A stretch of DNA of 64,000 nucleotides from a virus, in IMG/VR virus record IMGVR_UViG_3300009130_000013, positions 29,196 to 93,195 of that record, one strand, 5' to 3'. The translations under genes and the position numbers were made by a program. Each line of letters opens with the position of its first letter. Within the stretch, counting starts at the first letter, position 1. The notes under the pieces were generated by a model. The model was not told where the DNA came from. It was given only the letters and a program-made list of their open reading frames with translations, and made no database searches. Below, one piece after another: positions 45,797 to 55,653 of the stretch.

Positions 45797-48214
45797 ATGA
45801 ACATCGGAGAAGTAGACAATCCAAAACCCGTAGTATATGTAGACATGGACGGCGTCTTGGCAGACTTCTTCTCTGAATGGGCTAAAATGGCAGGAGTAAA
45901 GTCAGGCAGTTATAGAGATATACCCCCAGCAAACGTTGACCCTACACTTAACAAAATGATTGGCACAGACTTCTTTGCTAAATTACCAAAATTTCCTACA
46001 ACTGATAAACTAATCCAATTAGTTATTAATCGCTTTGGCTCGTATAAAATATTAAGCTCGCCATTAAGAAACGATCATGCTAACAGCAAAAAACATAAAA
46101 TAGATTGGGTTGGAAGAAAGTTAAAAATTAAACCTACTGAAACTATTATTGTAGCAAACAAAACAGGTTATGCTAAACAACCAGACGGCACCCCTAATAT
46201 ACTAATCGACGACAGGGGACTTAACATTGAACGCTGGAACCAAGCAGGCGGATACGGTATTAAGTATCAAGCAGATGAGGACTCGTTAGAAAAAGTAGTA
46301 AAAGGATTAGATGACTACCAACAAAAGTTAGGTGAGCGTGGAGTAATGAGTATTGGTGGCATACAATATGGTGGCTTTAGACGACCATTAAAAATTAAAA
46401 AATCTACACCGGGCAAATTACACTACAGCAAACCTAAAGGTAAAAAGATTAAAATGGGTGCTGATGGTAACTTGAGTTATAAAAAGTTTGTAAGAAAAGT
46501 ATACGAAGTAACAGCAGATGAACTAAAACAAATAGAAACGTATGCTGATAGACTATTTGCTAAAGTAGGTATAGATGTAAGATTTACAAAACATTTTTTA
46601 GATAGAGTTAACGATACTAGAAATGAAAAAGAAATAACACCTGCTGAACTTACACGTTTATTCAAACAAGAATTTAAAAAATGGGGAAGACCTATTGCCC
46701 AAATGGGGCCTGATGCTGAAGCTGTAATGAAAGATATGAGAACAGATGTTAATGTACCTTTTGCTTTGGTATGGGACAAGAACAACAACGAATTAGATTT
46801 GGTTGCTAAAACAGTAATGAAAAAGCCAGACTTTAAAACATCTAACAGAGAATTTACTATTGAAAACGAAGAGATAGATTCTACAGCATTTAATGAAATT
46901 ATAACACCAGCACTAGAACGTTTAGACAAAGCATTTAAAAAAGATAACTTTGAAATAAGAATAGTTGGCGGTGCTGTTAGAGATATTGCTTTAGGTAAAA
47001 CACCTAAAGATATTGACTTGGCAACTGATGCCACACCTGATGAAATGATTGAACTGTTTGATAAAAATAATATTAGACATAAACCTACAGGACTAGAACA
47101 CGGCACAGTTACAGCAATAATAGACAGTGAACCATTTGAAATTACAACACTACGGGCAGACGTTAGTACTGACGGTAGACACGCTGATGTAGAGTTTATT
47201 CGTAACTGGAAAGAAGATGCTCAACGTAGAGACTTAACGTACAATGCTATGAGCTTAGACTTTGATGGTAACTTATACGATTACTTTAATGGTATGGACG
47301 ACTTACAAGATAAAGTTAGTAACTTTGTAGGTGACCCAGAAGAACGTATTAAAGAAGACTATCTAAGAATATTAAGATACTTTAGATTTCAGAGTAAATT
47401 AGATAGTCCTAAATGGGATAAAGATACACTAGTTGCTATAAAAGATAATGCTAAAGGATTGCCACAAATTTCTGTAGAAAGAATATGGCAAGAAATGGGT
47501 AAACTTCTTGTAGGAAATAGTGTAATTCAATCTTTAGCATATATGTCAGCAACTAACGTAGATCGAGCAATAGGATTAGATACTAGTAACATACAAAAAC
47601 TAAAAGATTTAAAAGGTAATACAGATCCTATTATGGCTCTAGCATTATTAGTAGACAGTCTTGCTATTGCTAATCAATGGAAATTAAGTAACGCTGAAGA
47701 ACAAGACTTAAAATTTTATCTTAGTTACAGAGATAAAAAATTAAACAAAGAACAAGCAGAACATTTAGTAATTGATGGTACGGATAAATTAAAAGTTAGT
47801 AACTTATTAAAACTACAAAAACAAGATAAGTTAGCTAGTTACATAGAACAATTTCAAATGCCAGAGTTTCCTATAACAGGAAATGATCTTATACAACGTG
47901 GTATGAAGCCTGGTCCCGATTTAGGCAATACATTAAACAAATTAAAAGATTTGTGGAAGAAAAGTAACTATGATTTATCAGCAGATGAATTGCTTGGTGC
48001 TGTTAGTTTTGAATCTACAGAAGAAGCTAAACGTATGAATGATATGTTAGGTATTACAGAAGGTGTTGGAATCATAACAGCATACAATACAACAAAAGAT
48101 GTTAAGCCAGGTGAAACAGCTCGGCAAGCCAACAAGCTCGGCTTACAAGTAAAAGGCGAAGGCAAAGTCGCTTTTTTAAGAAGGAGTTGGGAAAATGAGA
48201 AACAAATCAAATGA
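45797..48214 (+). CDS. cca: fusion: HAD 5'(3')-nucleotidase + unknown domain + class II CCA-adding enzyme
   Basis: DMDGVLADF...LIDD; GGAVRD, DIDLAT, EITTLR, RRDLTYNA, EDYLRILRYFRF. Confidence 0.88.
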   Translation: MNIGEVDNPKPVVYVDMDGVLADFFSEWAKMAGVKSGSYRDIPPANVDPTLNKMIGTDFFAKLPKFPTTDKLIQLVINRFGSYKILSSPLRNDHANSKKHKIDWVGRKLKIKPTETIIVANKTGYAKQPDGTPNILIDDRGLNIERWNQAGGYGIKYQADEDSLEKVVKGLDDYQQKLGERGVMSIGGIQYGGFRRPLKIKKSTPGKLHYSKPKGKKIKMGADGNLSYKKFVRKVYEVTADELKQIETYADRLFAKVGIDVRFTKHFLDRVNDTRNEKEITPAELTRLFKQEFKKWGRPIAQMGPDAEAVMKDMRTDVNVPFALVWDKNNNELDLVAKTVMKKPDFKTSNREFTIENEEIDSTAFNEIITPALERLDKAFKKDNFEIRIVGGAVRDIALGKTPKDIDLATDATPDEMIELFDKNNIRHKPTGLEHGTVTAIIDSEPFEITTLRADVSTDGRHADVEFIRNWKEDAQRRDLTYNAMSLDFDGNLYDYFNGMDDLQDKVSNFVGDPEERIKEDYLRILRYFRFQSKLDSPKWDKDTLVAIKDNAKGLPQISVERIWQEMGKLLVGNSVIQSLAYMSATNVDRAIGLDTSNIQKLKDLKGNTDPIMALALLVDSLAIANQWKLSNAEEQDLKFYLSYRDKKLNKEQAEHLVIDGTDKLKVSNLLKLQKQDKLASYIEQFQMPEFPITGNDLIQRGMKPGPDLGNTLNKLKDLWKKSNYDLSADELLGAVSFESTEEAKRMNDMLGITEGVGIITAYNTTKDVKPGETARQANKLGLQVKGEGKVAFLRRSWENEKQIK

Positions 48215-48437
48215 CGAATATTTTAACCAAAATCCTAAACCGAGGCACAGTTACTTAAAACATAAAGCTATTCAATATCTCGGTTTTAACACTGAAAAAA
48301 AGTTAAGTAAAACTGAAGCCAAGAAACTCAGAATTAAAACAAACAAATTAAAAGTTTCAGAGAAAAAAGCTCGGAGGCATTTCGGCCACGAATTTTTTAA
48401 ACAGGTTTCATATGTTTTTAAATCAGGATTTAAATGA
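48195..48437 (+). CDS. small basic protein
   Basis: SD AAGGAG. Confidence 0.55.
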   Translation: MRNKSNDEYFNQNPKPRHSYLKHKAIQYLGFNTEKKLSKTEAKKLRIKTNKLKVSEKKARRHFGHEFFKQVSYVFKSGFK

Positions 48438-48925
48438 AAGTAGCAATTACAGGACACACATTAGGATTAGGTAGAGCTTGTTACATACATTATGGCACAA
48501 ATGCTGTAGGATTTAGTAGAGGTAATGGTTATGACATTAATAACCCTGCCGATATTATAAAAGACTCAACTGACTGTGACATTTTTATTAACAATGCTTA
48601 TGATGGGTTTGCCCAAGTAAATTTGCTATATGAACTTATAAAAACATTTAAAGGTAAAATTATTAATATATCAAGTAACAGTAGCACAGGTGTTAAAAAT
48701 AAAGTGTGGCCTTACTCTGTACACAAAGCCGCATTGGATAAAGCAAGTGAGCAATTATCTCATAATGGATATGATGTAAGTAATATTAGATTTGGTTATA
48801 TTGATACAGCTAGAATTAAACATATAAAAGAACCTAAAATAAGTATTCAAGAAGCTGTTTTAACTATTGATGATGTTATTAACAGTCCAAATCCTATTCC
48901 GCTAACAACTTTATTACCTAAATAA
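48434..48925 (+). CDS. short-chain dehydrogenase/reductase-like protein
   Basis: ITGHTLGLG, INNA, NISS, YSVHK. Confidence 0.8.
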   Translation: MKVAITGHTLGLGRACYIHYGTNAVGFSRGNGYDINNPADIIKDSTDCDIFINNAYDGFAQVNLLYELIKTFKGKIINISSNSSTGVKNKVWPYSVHKAALDKASEQLSHNGYDVSNIRFGYIDTARIKHIKEPKISIQEAVLTIDDVINSPNPIPLTTLLPK

Positions 48926-48938
48926 GATAAGTACTAAT

Positions 48939-49181
48939 ATGAAGATAAAAGATATTATTGAAACCGCAACAGCAGGTGCTACAGCAAGTGGTAACATCGC
49001 CACCGTTGTAAATCCTCATATTGCTATAGGAAGTAAAGCACAACAGAAAAGTTATGCTGGATCGCCAGGTAAAATGGGTAAAACACCTAAACATCCTAAA
49101 CCCAAAAAACAAAAACCTACTGATAATGCTTTAAATATGAAAGATACAAGTATATTTGGTGGGCCAATGCTAAAGCGATAA
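48939..49181 (+). CDS. probable internal head protein
   Basis: MKIKDIIE-TATAGATASGNIATVVNP. Confidence 0.7.
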   Translation: MKIKDIIETATAGATASGNIATVVNPHIAIGSKAQQKSYAGSPGKMGKTPKHPKPKKQKPTDNALNMKDTSIFGGPMLKR

Positions 49182-49239
49182 TAATATATTTTAAATAAAT
49201 AACTTATAATAAAACAATTAATTAATTCGGGGTTAAAAA

Positions 49240-49725
49240 ATGAGAGCTAAACAAATAATAAGAGAAGATTTGTCCATGGACACTCGTGTTATGGAAACAG
49301 ACCACGAAGTACAAATGGCTAGAGCAGACTTATTTAAAATAGCAAAGTACTCCGTAGAACTACACAAGATGCTTAAAAACATTTCCGAAGCTGAAGGTCT
49401 TGAGGGTTGGGTACAAGCTAAGATTACTAAAGCGGCGGATTATATTTCAAGTGTAAAACATCATTTAGAATACGAACAAGCTGAAGTAGATGTTTCACCA
49501 GAACCACAAGACGCTACTATTGAAATTCCAGCTGAAAGTATTACAGAAGGTGAATACACTGAAAAAGAAATTAAAATGGCAATAGGTATTGCTTTTGATC
49601 CAAGATATAAGCAAGGCAATATGAGTGGTGCCGTTACAGCAATTAACAAAATTAAACCAGGGTTAGCAGATCATCCAAAGGTAAGTGATGCTTTAAGAAG
49701 AGCTAACGAGTCTAAAGGAAAATAA
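49240..49725 (+). CDS. probable internal head protein
   Basis: MRAKQIIRE; MARADL...LEGWVQAKITKAADY. Confidence 0.7.
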   Translation: MRAKQIIREDLSMDTRVMETDHEVQMARADLFKIAKYSVELHKMLKNISEAEGLEGWVQAKITKAADYISSVKHHLEYEQAEVDVSPEPQDATIEIPAESITEGEYTEKEIKMAIGIAFDPRYKQGNMSGAVTAINKIKPGLADHPKVSDALRRANESKGK

Positions 49726-49726
49726 G

Positions 49727-50398
49727 ATGGAAGATAATTCATTCTCAAGTCTGGTAGCTAAACTTAATGAAATGAGTGAAACTGGTGCTCCAGCAAAAAA
49801 ACATAAAGAAATTAAAGTAATTAAAAAAGCAAAACATGAAGGTAAGAAACACGAAGACCCTAATGTAAATGCTATGGCTGAATTGCTTGAGTCAATTGAT
49901 GAAGGTAAGAAACCAAATCATTTAAAAGGTAAACACAAATTAAAAACTGTTCCAGCTGGAGAACATGATGGCACAACTAAAAATCCTAGTAAAGGAAAAT
50001 TAGTTGGTGAAGAACACATACCAGTTGATGAAGATTTAATTGCTGATTTATCTACAAGATTTAGAGATTTATTAGAGCCAACTAAAGTAGCAGAAGAAGA
50101 ACCAACAGACGAAGCAGTTGGTGAATTTGCTGAACCATTATATACACTACAAGATGAATTAGGTCTTGAAGATAATGTTTTAGTAGATGAGCTTACTCGT
50201 TGGATGAGTGGTGACGACATTAAAGACTTTGTTGCTCATTTCCGTCAAAATCACGATATGCCAGAAGGTGGACGTGAGTATGAAGGTGTTGAAGAAGGTA
50301 AGAAAAAAGATCACGACAAAGATGGTGATGTAGATAGCGACGATTATTTGGCCGCAAAGGACAAAGCAATTAAAAAAGCAAAAGCCAAGGAAAAGTAA
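49727..50398 (+). CDS. probable internal head/core protein
   Basis: Many [ILV]xE motifs; DHDKDGDVDSDDY...DKAIKKA. Confidence 0.65.
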   Translation: MEDNSFSSLVAKLNEMSETGAPAKKHKEIKVIKKAKHEGKKHEDPNVNAMAELLESIDEGKKPNHLKGKHKLKTVPAGEHDGTTKNPSKGKLVGEEHIPVDEDLIADLSTRFRDLLEPTKVAEEEPTDEAVGEFAEPLYTLQDELGLEDNVLVDELTRWMSGDDIKDFVAHFRQNHDMPEGGREYEGVEEGKKKDHDKDGDVDSDDYLAAKDKAIKKAKAKEK

Positions 50399-50402
50399 TA
50401 CA

Positions 50403-51842
50403 ATGGCACACGTTGACCTACATAAAATAAACGAATTACTTCAAAAAATTCAACACGAAGATTCAAGTGATCTAGCTCAAGCTAAAGCCACTGGTAAAGA
50501 TCATAAATTAAGATCTGGTCGTTATCACGATATGGCTCAACAAGATACTGAAGGCATGAGCGATGGTGACATGGTTGACGTTATTGCTAACTTATATTAT
50601 AGATTAGATAAACTACACGCCTTAGAATCAATAAACGAAATAGACCCAAGCAGATCACCATGGACACAATCAGGTAAACATCCTGGTGCGATGAATAGAG
50701 AAGAACTAGAAAAAGAAATTGCTGTATTTGATGAATTGAGAGCTAGAGGTGATCATTTATCACCAAAAGAATTAGCACAAGAAGATTCATTATATCATTA
50801 CTTAGATCAAACTAACGAAGACGAAACACCAAATTTTAATCCTAAAGGCGGCTCCTTTGCCAAAAGAGCAGATGCGGCCAGAGGTATGTGGGCATCAAGT
50901 AATGAAATACAAAAAAGATTTAAAACTTGGCAAGACTTTATGAATTCAGAAGATTTTGATGACTGGTTAGATGACAAGTTTAGAGATGAACTTGGAGAAG
51001 ATAGCGGTTGTCCTTGTTGCGGATGTGATAGTGTAGCAGAATGTACTTGTAGCCCAGACTGTCCTAATTGCGATTGTCATAGCGGCGTAACTGAAGATGA
51101 TAGATATACAAAATATGCTAGTGTTCCAGGTCGCGAATATGATAAGGACGACAAAGCAGAAGCAAAACTATTATCATTACAAGATCGAAAATCAAAACTT
51201 TTAAAAAAATTAGATAGAATTTCCGATGAAGGTGGTAAAATTGGCATTAATGATCCTGAATATAAAGAACTTCAAGCAGTTAAAAAAGCAATAGCAGGTC
51301 TTAAAGAAGATGAAGCTAGTGATCTTTATCACGATAATGTTAAATCAGGTAAAGATTATAATGACTACAAAGGTATCCAAATCCATAATTTAAGAAAAGA
51401 ATTAAAACAAGTGAGAAAAACACTTCTTAACCTACAAGACATTGAAGGTAAAGATAACAGTTCAGATATGCTTAATAACATTAAAGGTATGCTGGGCGGT
51501 TATGAACAAGTAGTTGACAATATGGAAGATGCTTTTAACAAACTTCGGATTGGTAGACATCGTAAAGAATCATCAGAATTTCAAAAAAGAGTTAAAGAAG
51601 CTGAACAAGGAAGTACTGAATACTACAGAGAATTAGATAAAAATCAACTTGATCACACTCATCAACTATTAATGAAAGCTATGAACCAATTAAACGTAGC
51701 AATAGCACAAAGATCAAAATTTGGTAAAGAGCTAATGGGGTCAGGCGACAGAGCAGGCACAGGTCACTTATACGGAATATTACAAAGACTTGAAGCAATA
51801 AGCAACGAGTGGGATAGAGAAACAGAGTTGTACGGAAATTAA
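50403..51842 (+). CDS. modular acidic protein with Cys-rich module
   Basis: Short modules separated by xxE-D motifs. Confidence 0.7.
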   Translation: MAHVDLHKINELLQKIQHEDSSDLAQAKATGKDHKLRSGRYHDMAQQDTEGMSDGDMVDVIANLYYRLDKLHALESINEIDPSRSPWTQSGKHPGAMNREELEKEIAVFDELRARGDHLSPKELAQEDSLYHYLDQTNEDETPNFNPKGGSFAKRADAARGMWASSNEIQKRFKTWQDFMNSEDFDDWLDDKFRDELGEDSGCPCCGCDSVAECTCSPDCPNCDCHSGVTEDDRYTKYASVPGREYDKDDKAEAKLLSLQDRKSKLLKKLDRISDEGGKIGINDPEYKELQAVKKAIAGLKEDEASDLYHDNVKSGKDYNDYKGIQIHNLRKELKQVRKTLLNLQDIEGKDNSSDMLNNIKGMLGGYEQVVDNMEDAFNKLRIGRHRKESSEFQKRVKEAEQGSTEYYRELDKNQLDHTHQLLMKAMNQLNVAIAQRSKFGKELMGSGDRAGTGHLYGILQRLEAISNEWDRETELYGN

Positions 51843-51844
51843 CA

Positions 51845-52903
51845 ATGAGAGCAACTGATTTACTAGATAGAAAATTAAGTGGGGGCGAAAAGCGTTCTAA
51901 AGAAGCACACGTCAAAAAACTTAAAAAGCACAAAGGCGACTTTGAAAAACGTTACGGTGATGATGCTGAAAGTGTCATGTATGCTGTAGCAACTAAAAGA
52001 GCTAAAGGTGAATCAGTAGAAAAAGAAGGCTGGCATAAACTTCCAGATATGGATAGAGAAAGATATCAAGAACGTGATGGACTAGAAGGTCCTATTATGA
52101 CACGCTCTGGTAAAGTAGTTTACTACGATAATAAAGAAGGCAAATACTACGACCCAGATACAGATATGTACATTGATGACGAAGATATGAGAGCTTTAAC
52201 GACAGTTAGAACAGAAGACAACTTTGATGCTGAAGGACAAAAACCCAAAGCATTAATGGCTTTATATAAAGATAACGAACATAACAACTATCACTCAGAA
52301 AACAATTTATTACTAGCTAAAGCATTTGGTACTCCTAAAGAAGTACAAATGGTAGAATTAATTCTTAAGAAAAATCAAAAACAAGGCTACACATCAAACG
52401 AAGATTCTGAATGGATGTACAAAAACATAAACAAAAAATACTATAAAGAACTAGTTAAAGGAGCACTAGGTGAAACTTATGGTTCTTTAATGACAGTTGG
52501 TGCTGATCCTAAACCAAAATATAAGGATGAAAAACCAGGCAAATATAAAATTGGATTAACTAAAAAACCTAAAAATGCTAAAGAACCTTATATTGCTAAA
52601 AAGGAAAGTATATTTGACGAGGTTTGGGGAGAAGCAGAAGTAGATGACGTAAAAGTAAAAAAGAACGACATAAAATTATCTGGAAGTGTTACACCACAAA
52701 TGATTGCTAAACAACTACCAGGTGTACAAGATCAAAAAAACTTAATAATGGCATTAATGAAAATGAAACGTGGTGACCCGAATTATAGTAGACCACAAAT
52801 GATTGCGGCCGCGGATGCTTTTAAAGAACTAATATCAAAAACACCAGAAGAAACACAAAAAATAATGATGCTATTAAAACGTGTCAAAACACTAGGGGAT
52901 TAA
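51845..52903 (+). CDS. modular probable internal head protein
   Basis: MRATDLL; F..RYG.....VMYA.ATK.AK; GLEGP...YYD.KEGKYYD. Confidence 0.7.
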   Translation: MRATDLLDRKLSGGEKRSKEAHVKKLKKHKGDFEKRYGDDAESVMYAVATKRAKGESVEKEGWHKLPDMDRERYQERDGLEGPIMTRSGKVVYYDNKEGKYYDPDTDMYIDDEDMRALTTVRTEDNFDAEGQKPKALMALYKDNEHNNYHSENNLLLAKAFGTPKEVQMVELILKKNQKQGYTSNEDSEWMYKNINKKYYKELVKGALGETYGSLMTVGADPKPKYKDEKPGKYKIGLTKKPKNAKEPYIAKKESIFDEVWGEAEVDDVKVKKNDIKLSGSVTPQMIAKQLPGVQDQKNLIMALMKMKRGDPNYSRPQMIAAADAFKELISKTPEETQKIMMLLKRVKTLGD

Positions 52904-52904
52904 A

Positions 52905-53609
52905 ATGTCTAGATTAGCAGAAGAATTAAACACTTATGTTAAAATGGTAAGTGATAATCTGATTAAAGAAAAACATTATCAATCTATACACGACATTCTT
53001 CAAGCTCACCCAAAAGAAGTAGATGCTTTTAAAAGCAATCCTCATAATTTCCCTATACAAAAACACAAAGAATTTTATAAAGATCTTTGGGATCTGTATA
53101 GTAACTCGGGCGAAATGCCACACGAAGTAGTAACAGCATCAAGTGAAAAATATAAAGCACAATGGATAATGGACAAACTACACGACGAAGTTAGTAGCCA
53201 AGAACCAGAAGACTTTGATCCACATGATGACGCATCAAATGACCATTTTGATATGGACTTAGATTATGATGAAGACTGGGACACATTAGGATTTGACCCT
53301 GCTTACGAAAATAACAAAGTTAAAGAAGAATTACCACATACTGAAGGTCCACCTTTAGCAGATAAAATTCATGATAGTTTACATAATACTTGGATGAACG
53401 GTGGCGAAGAAGCTCTTCAGGCAGAAATGAAAATGGACGACAAAGATTGGCAAAATGCTATAACAGATATTTCTATTAACACAGGTTGGCATCAAGATGA
53501 CGATAGAGAAGAAATTATTACTAAAATAATCGATGATTATGTTGACAATTATGCTACTGGCGAATCAACTACTCCAATTTCAAAAATGAAACATCTAGCC
53601 GGCTTGTAA
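52905..53609 (+). CDS. acidic probable internal head protein
   Basis: C-terminal ES...MKHLAGL. Confidence 0.65.
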   Translation: MSRLAEELNTYVKMVSDNLIKEKHYQSIHDILQAHPKEVDAFKSNPHNFPIQKHKEFYKDLWDLYSNSGEMPHEVVTASSEKYKAQWIMDKLHDEVSSQEPEDFDPHDDASNDHFDMDLDYDEDWDTLGFDPAYENNKVKEELPHTEGPPLADKIHDSLHNTWMNGGEEALQAEMKMDDKDWQNAITDISINTGWHQDDDREEIITKIIDDYVDNYATGESTTPISKMKHLAGL

Positions 53610-53654
53610 ATCATTAACTACCCATATAACTACCCATTCTAAATAATTACTAGT

Positions 53655-54380
53655 ATGTTAAACAACGATTTAAATATTCGTAAAAAAACTTCCTATAAAT
53701 CTATTGGCCCTACTGGTATACCAGAAGGCTTTATACTAGATAGTCCATCTAAAAGTGAACTAGGTGCTGAAGGTTGGAAAAATCATATGTGGCAAAACTT
53801 TAGCTACACATACAATGAAGATGGCTTTAGAACAACATTTCCTTATACAAACTCAGGAATAATTGCTATAGGTGATAGTTTTACAGAACATCACGGAGGC
53901 CCTGAAGAAGAACAATGGACACAACATATACATGGCCCAGGCACTAAAACGCCAATGGATGCTATAGTTATGGTTCCTAAGATTGATGTTATTAACTTAG
54001 GTATGGATGGGGCTGGTAATGATACTATTGCTGATATTGTAGAATGGGGAGTAAACAAATTTAAACCTCATACAGTATTAATAATGTTTAGCTTTTTACA
54101 TAGATGGAATGATAACGGCGAATTAAAAGCAGATGATACTAATGATGAAAGATGCCGAGAACGTATGTTGTTTAACTTTAATAGAATAGTAGAATATACT
54201 AAAGGATTAAAACTAATATACAGCTTCATACCAGATAGATTAGTTAGCAACAATGAATGGATAAACGAACATTTTCCTGATAGAATAAAGTATAGGCAAA
54301 CTGATTATGCTCGTGATGGAGTACATTTTGGTTATGATACTGTAAGATCAATTGGCGACTTGTTTAGTCGGGCTCTTTAA
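53655..54380 (+). CDS. SGNH/GDSL hydrolase-like protein
   Basis: IGDSFT, NLGMDGAGN, DGVH. Confidence 0.75.
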   Translation: MLNNDLNIRKKTSYKSIGPTGIPEGFILDSPSKSELGAEGWKNHMWQNFSYTYNEDGFRTTFPYTNSGIIAIGDSFTEHHGGPEEEQWTQHIHGPGTKTPMDAIVMVPKIDVINLGMDGAGNDTIADIVEWGVNKFKPHTVLIMFSFLHRWNDNGELKADDTNDERCRERMLFNFNRIVEYTKGLKLIYSFIPDRLVSNNEWINEHFPDRIKYRQTDYARDGVHFGYDTVRSIGDLFSRAL

Positions 54381-55290
54381 TAAATTCTGCTTCTAGTTTA
54401 GCTTCTTCTTTTTTAACTACTTTTTCTTTTCTAATATGTGGATAAAATAATGGAGCCGGAGATAAACTAGTACACCATGGGTCTTTTTTATCAATAGCTT
54501 GTTTTATTTTAACACCCCAATATACTAAATTAGGTTTATGAATTTCAATAGCTTGTTTCCAATCAAACGTACGAACGCCTGTGTCTAACACAATTTTACT
54601 ACCAGCATACATTAAAGGTAAAATACAATTTACTAACTGAGATACTTGATTTCTTGTATCTTGTTCTATATAAGCTACCGCTGGTGCCTCCATAACACTT
54701 GATTTACCATCAGGTGTATGTACAGCAGAAAAACTTTTAATAAGTTCATCTAAGTTTGATTTTTTATATTTGTGAAGTTTAGTATCGCGATGTTCAATAA
54801 TAACACCATCTATATTTTGGTATTCTTTACATTCATCTGGATACTCATATGGTTCTGAATATTGAACAAAACTACGATGGAAAACTAAACGTACAGATTT
54901 TTTATCAGGTCCTGCTTCGTATCTTCCACCTGGTAAAACTAAATCTTCCGAGCCAACCATTATTACTGTTGGCTTAACTTTTTTATACCATGCTGGTGTT
55001 AAATTATTAGCATTATCAAAATAAAGTGTATGACCACATTTAACAGCGGCAAAAAGCATAGCTAATACTGTAATAGATGTATGCCCTTTAATAACAATTC
55101 TCATTGGGTCTAGTATATAAACCGGATCAGGCATTTCACCTGGTTCATGAACTAGTGTACCTTTTACTCTTAAATGGTTAAAATATCGTCCCCAATAGTT
55201 AACGGCTGATTCAAAACGTCTACTATCAATCCAATTTCCGTCATCTTGGATAATTTTGAATTTACCAAATTTACTAAAATCTAAGTCCAT
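54364..55290 (-). CDS. hypothetical protein, weak adenylate-forming-enzyme resemblance
   Basis: SD AGGAG; VIKGHTS..VLAMLFAAVKCG. Confidence 0.6.
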   Translation of the reverse strand: MDLDFSKFGKFKIIQDDGNWIDSRRFESAVNYWGRYFNHLRVKGTLVHEPGEMPDPVYILDPMRIVIKGHTSITVLAMLFAAVKCGHTLYFDNANNLTPAWYKKVKPTVIMVGSEDLVLPGGRYEAGPDKKSVRLVFHRSFVQYSEPYEYPDECKEYQNIDGVIIEHRDTKLHKYKKSNLDELIKSFSAVHTPDGKSSVMEAPAVAYIEQDTRNQVSQLVNCILPLMYAGSKIVLDTGVRTFDWKQAIEIHKPNLVYWGVKIKQAIDKKDPWCTSLSPAPLFYPHIRKEKVVKKEEAKLEAEFIKEPD

Positions 55291-55333
55291 ACTGTCAATC
55301 TCCTATTGTACTAGTATGTATCACTAAAAGAGC

Positions 55334-55362
55334 TTGACTTCTTTCGAAAGTGGTAGTATAAT
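55334..55362 (+). promoter_or_regulatory. sigma70-type promoter
   Basis: TTGACT-N17-TATAAT. Confidence 0.8.
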
Positions 55363-55395
55363 ATAAACTATTAAATTTAATAAAGGAGACTCCAA

Positions 55396-55653
55396 ATGTC
55401 TGATAGATATTTTAACCCTGAAGAAAAAGCAAAACTGACCCAAGTTATTAACGAAGGTATGACAGTAATGCAAGAAGTCGAAGATTTGTCGGCAGGTCTT
55501 AACGAAACAGTTAAAGCCGTTGCTGAAGAATTCGAAATTAAACCAGCTGTACTTAAAAAAGCAATAAGAACAGCACATAAAGGAAACTTTGCCGAAGTTA
55601 GTACTGATCAAGAATTGTTAGAAACAATTTTATCAACAGTCGGAAAAGTGTAA
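55396..55653 (+). CDS. T4 DsbA/GapR-like dsDNA-binding protein
   Basis: Helical 85 aa, VAEEFEIKPAVLKKAIR; upstream of DNA pol. Confidence 0.65.
   Translation: MSDRYFNPEEKAKLTQVINEGMTVMQEVEDLSAGLNETVKAVAEEFEIKPAVLKKAIRTAHKGNFAEVSTDQELLETILSTVGKV

Noticed and set aside
46477-47106. 209-aa minus-strand ORF, and other short antisense ORFs in the track
   Set aside because: Shadows of well-supported opposite-strand genes; Ser/Leu/Phe-rich with no motifs
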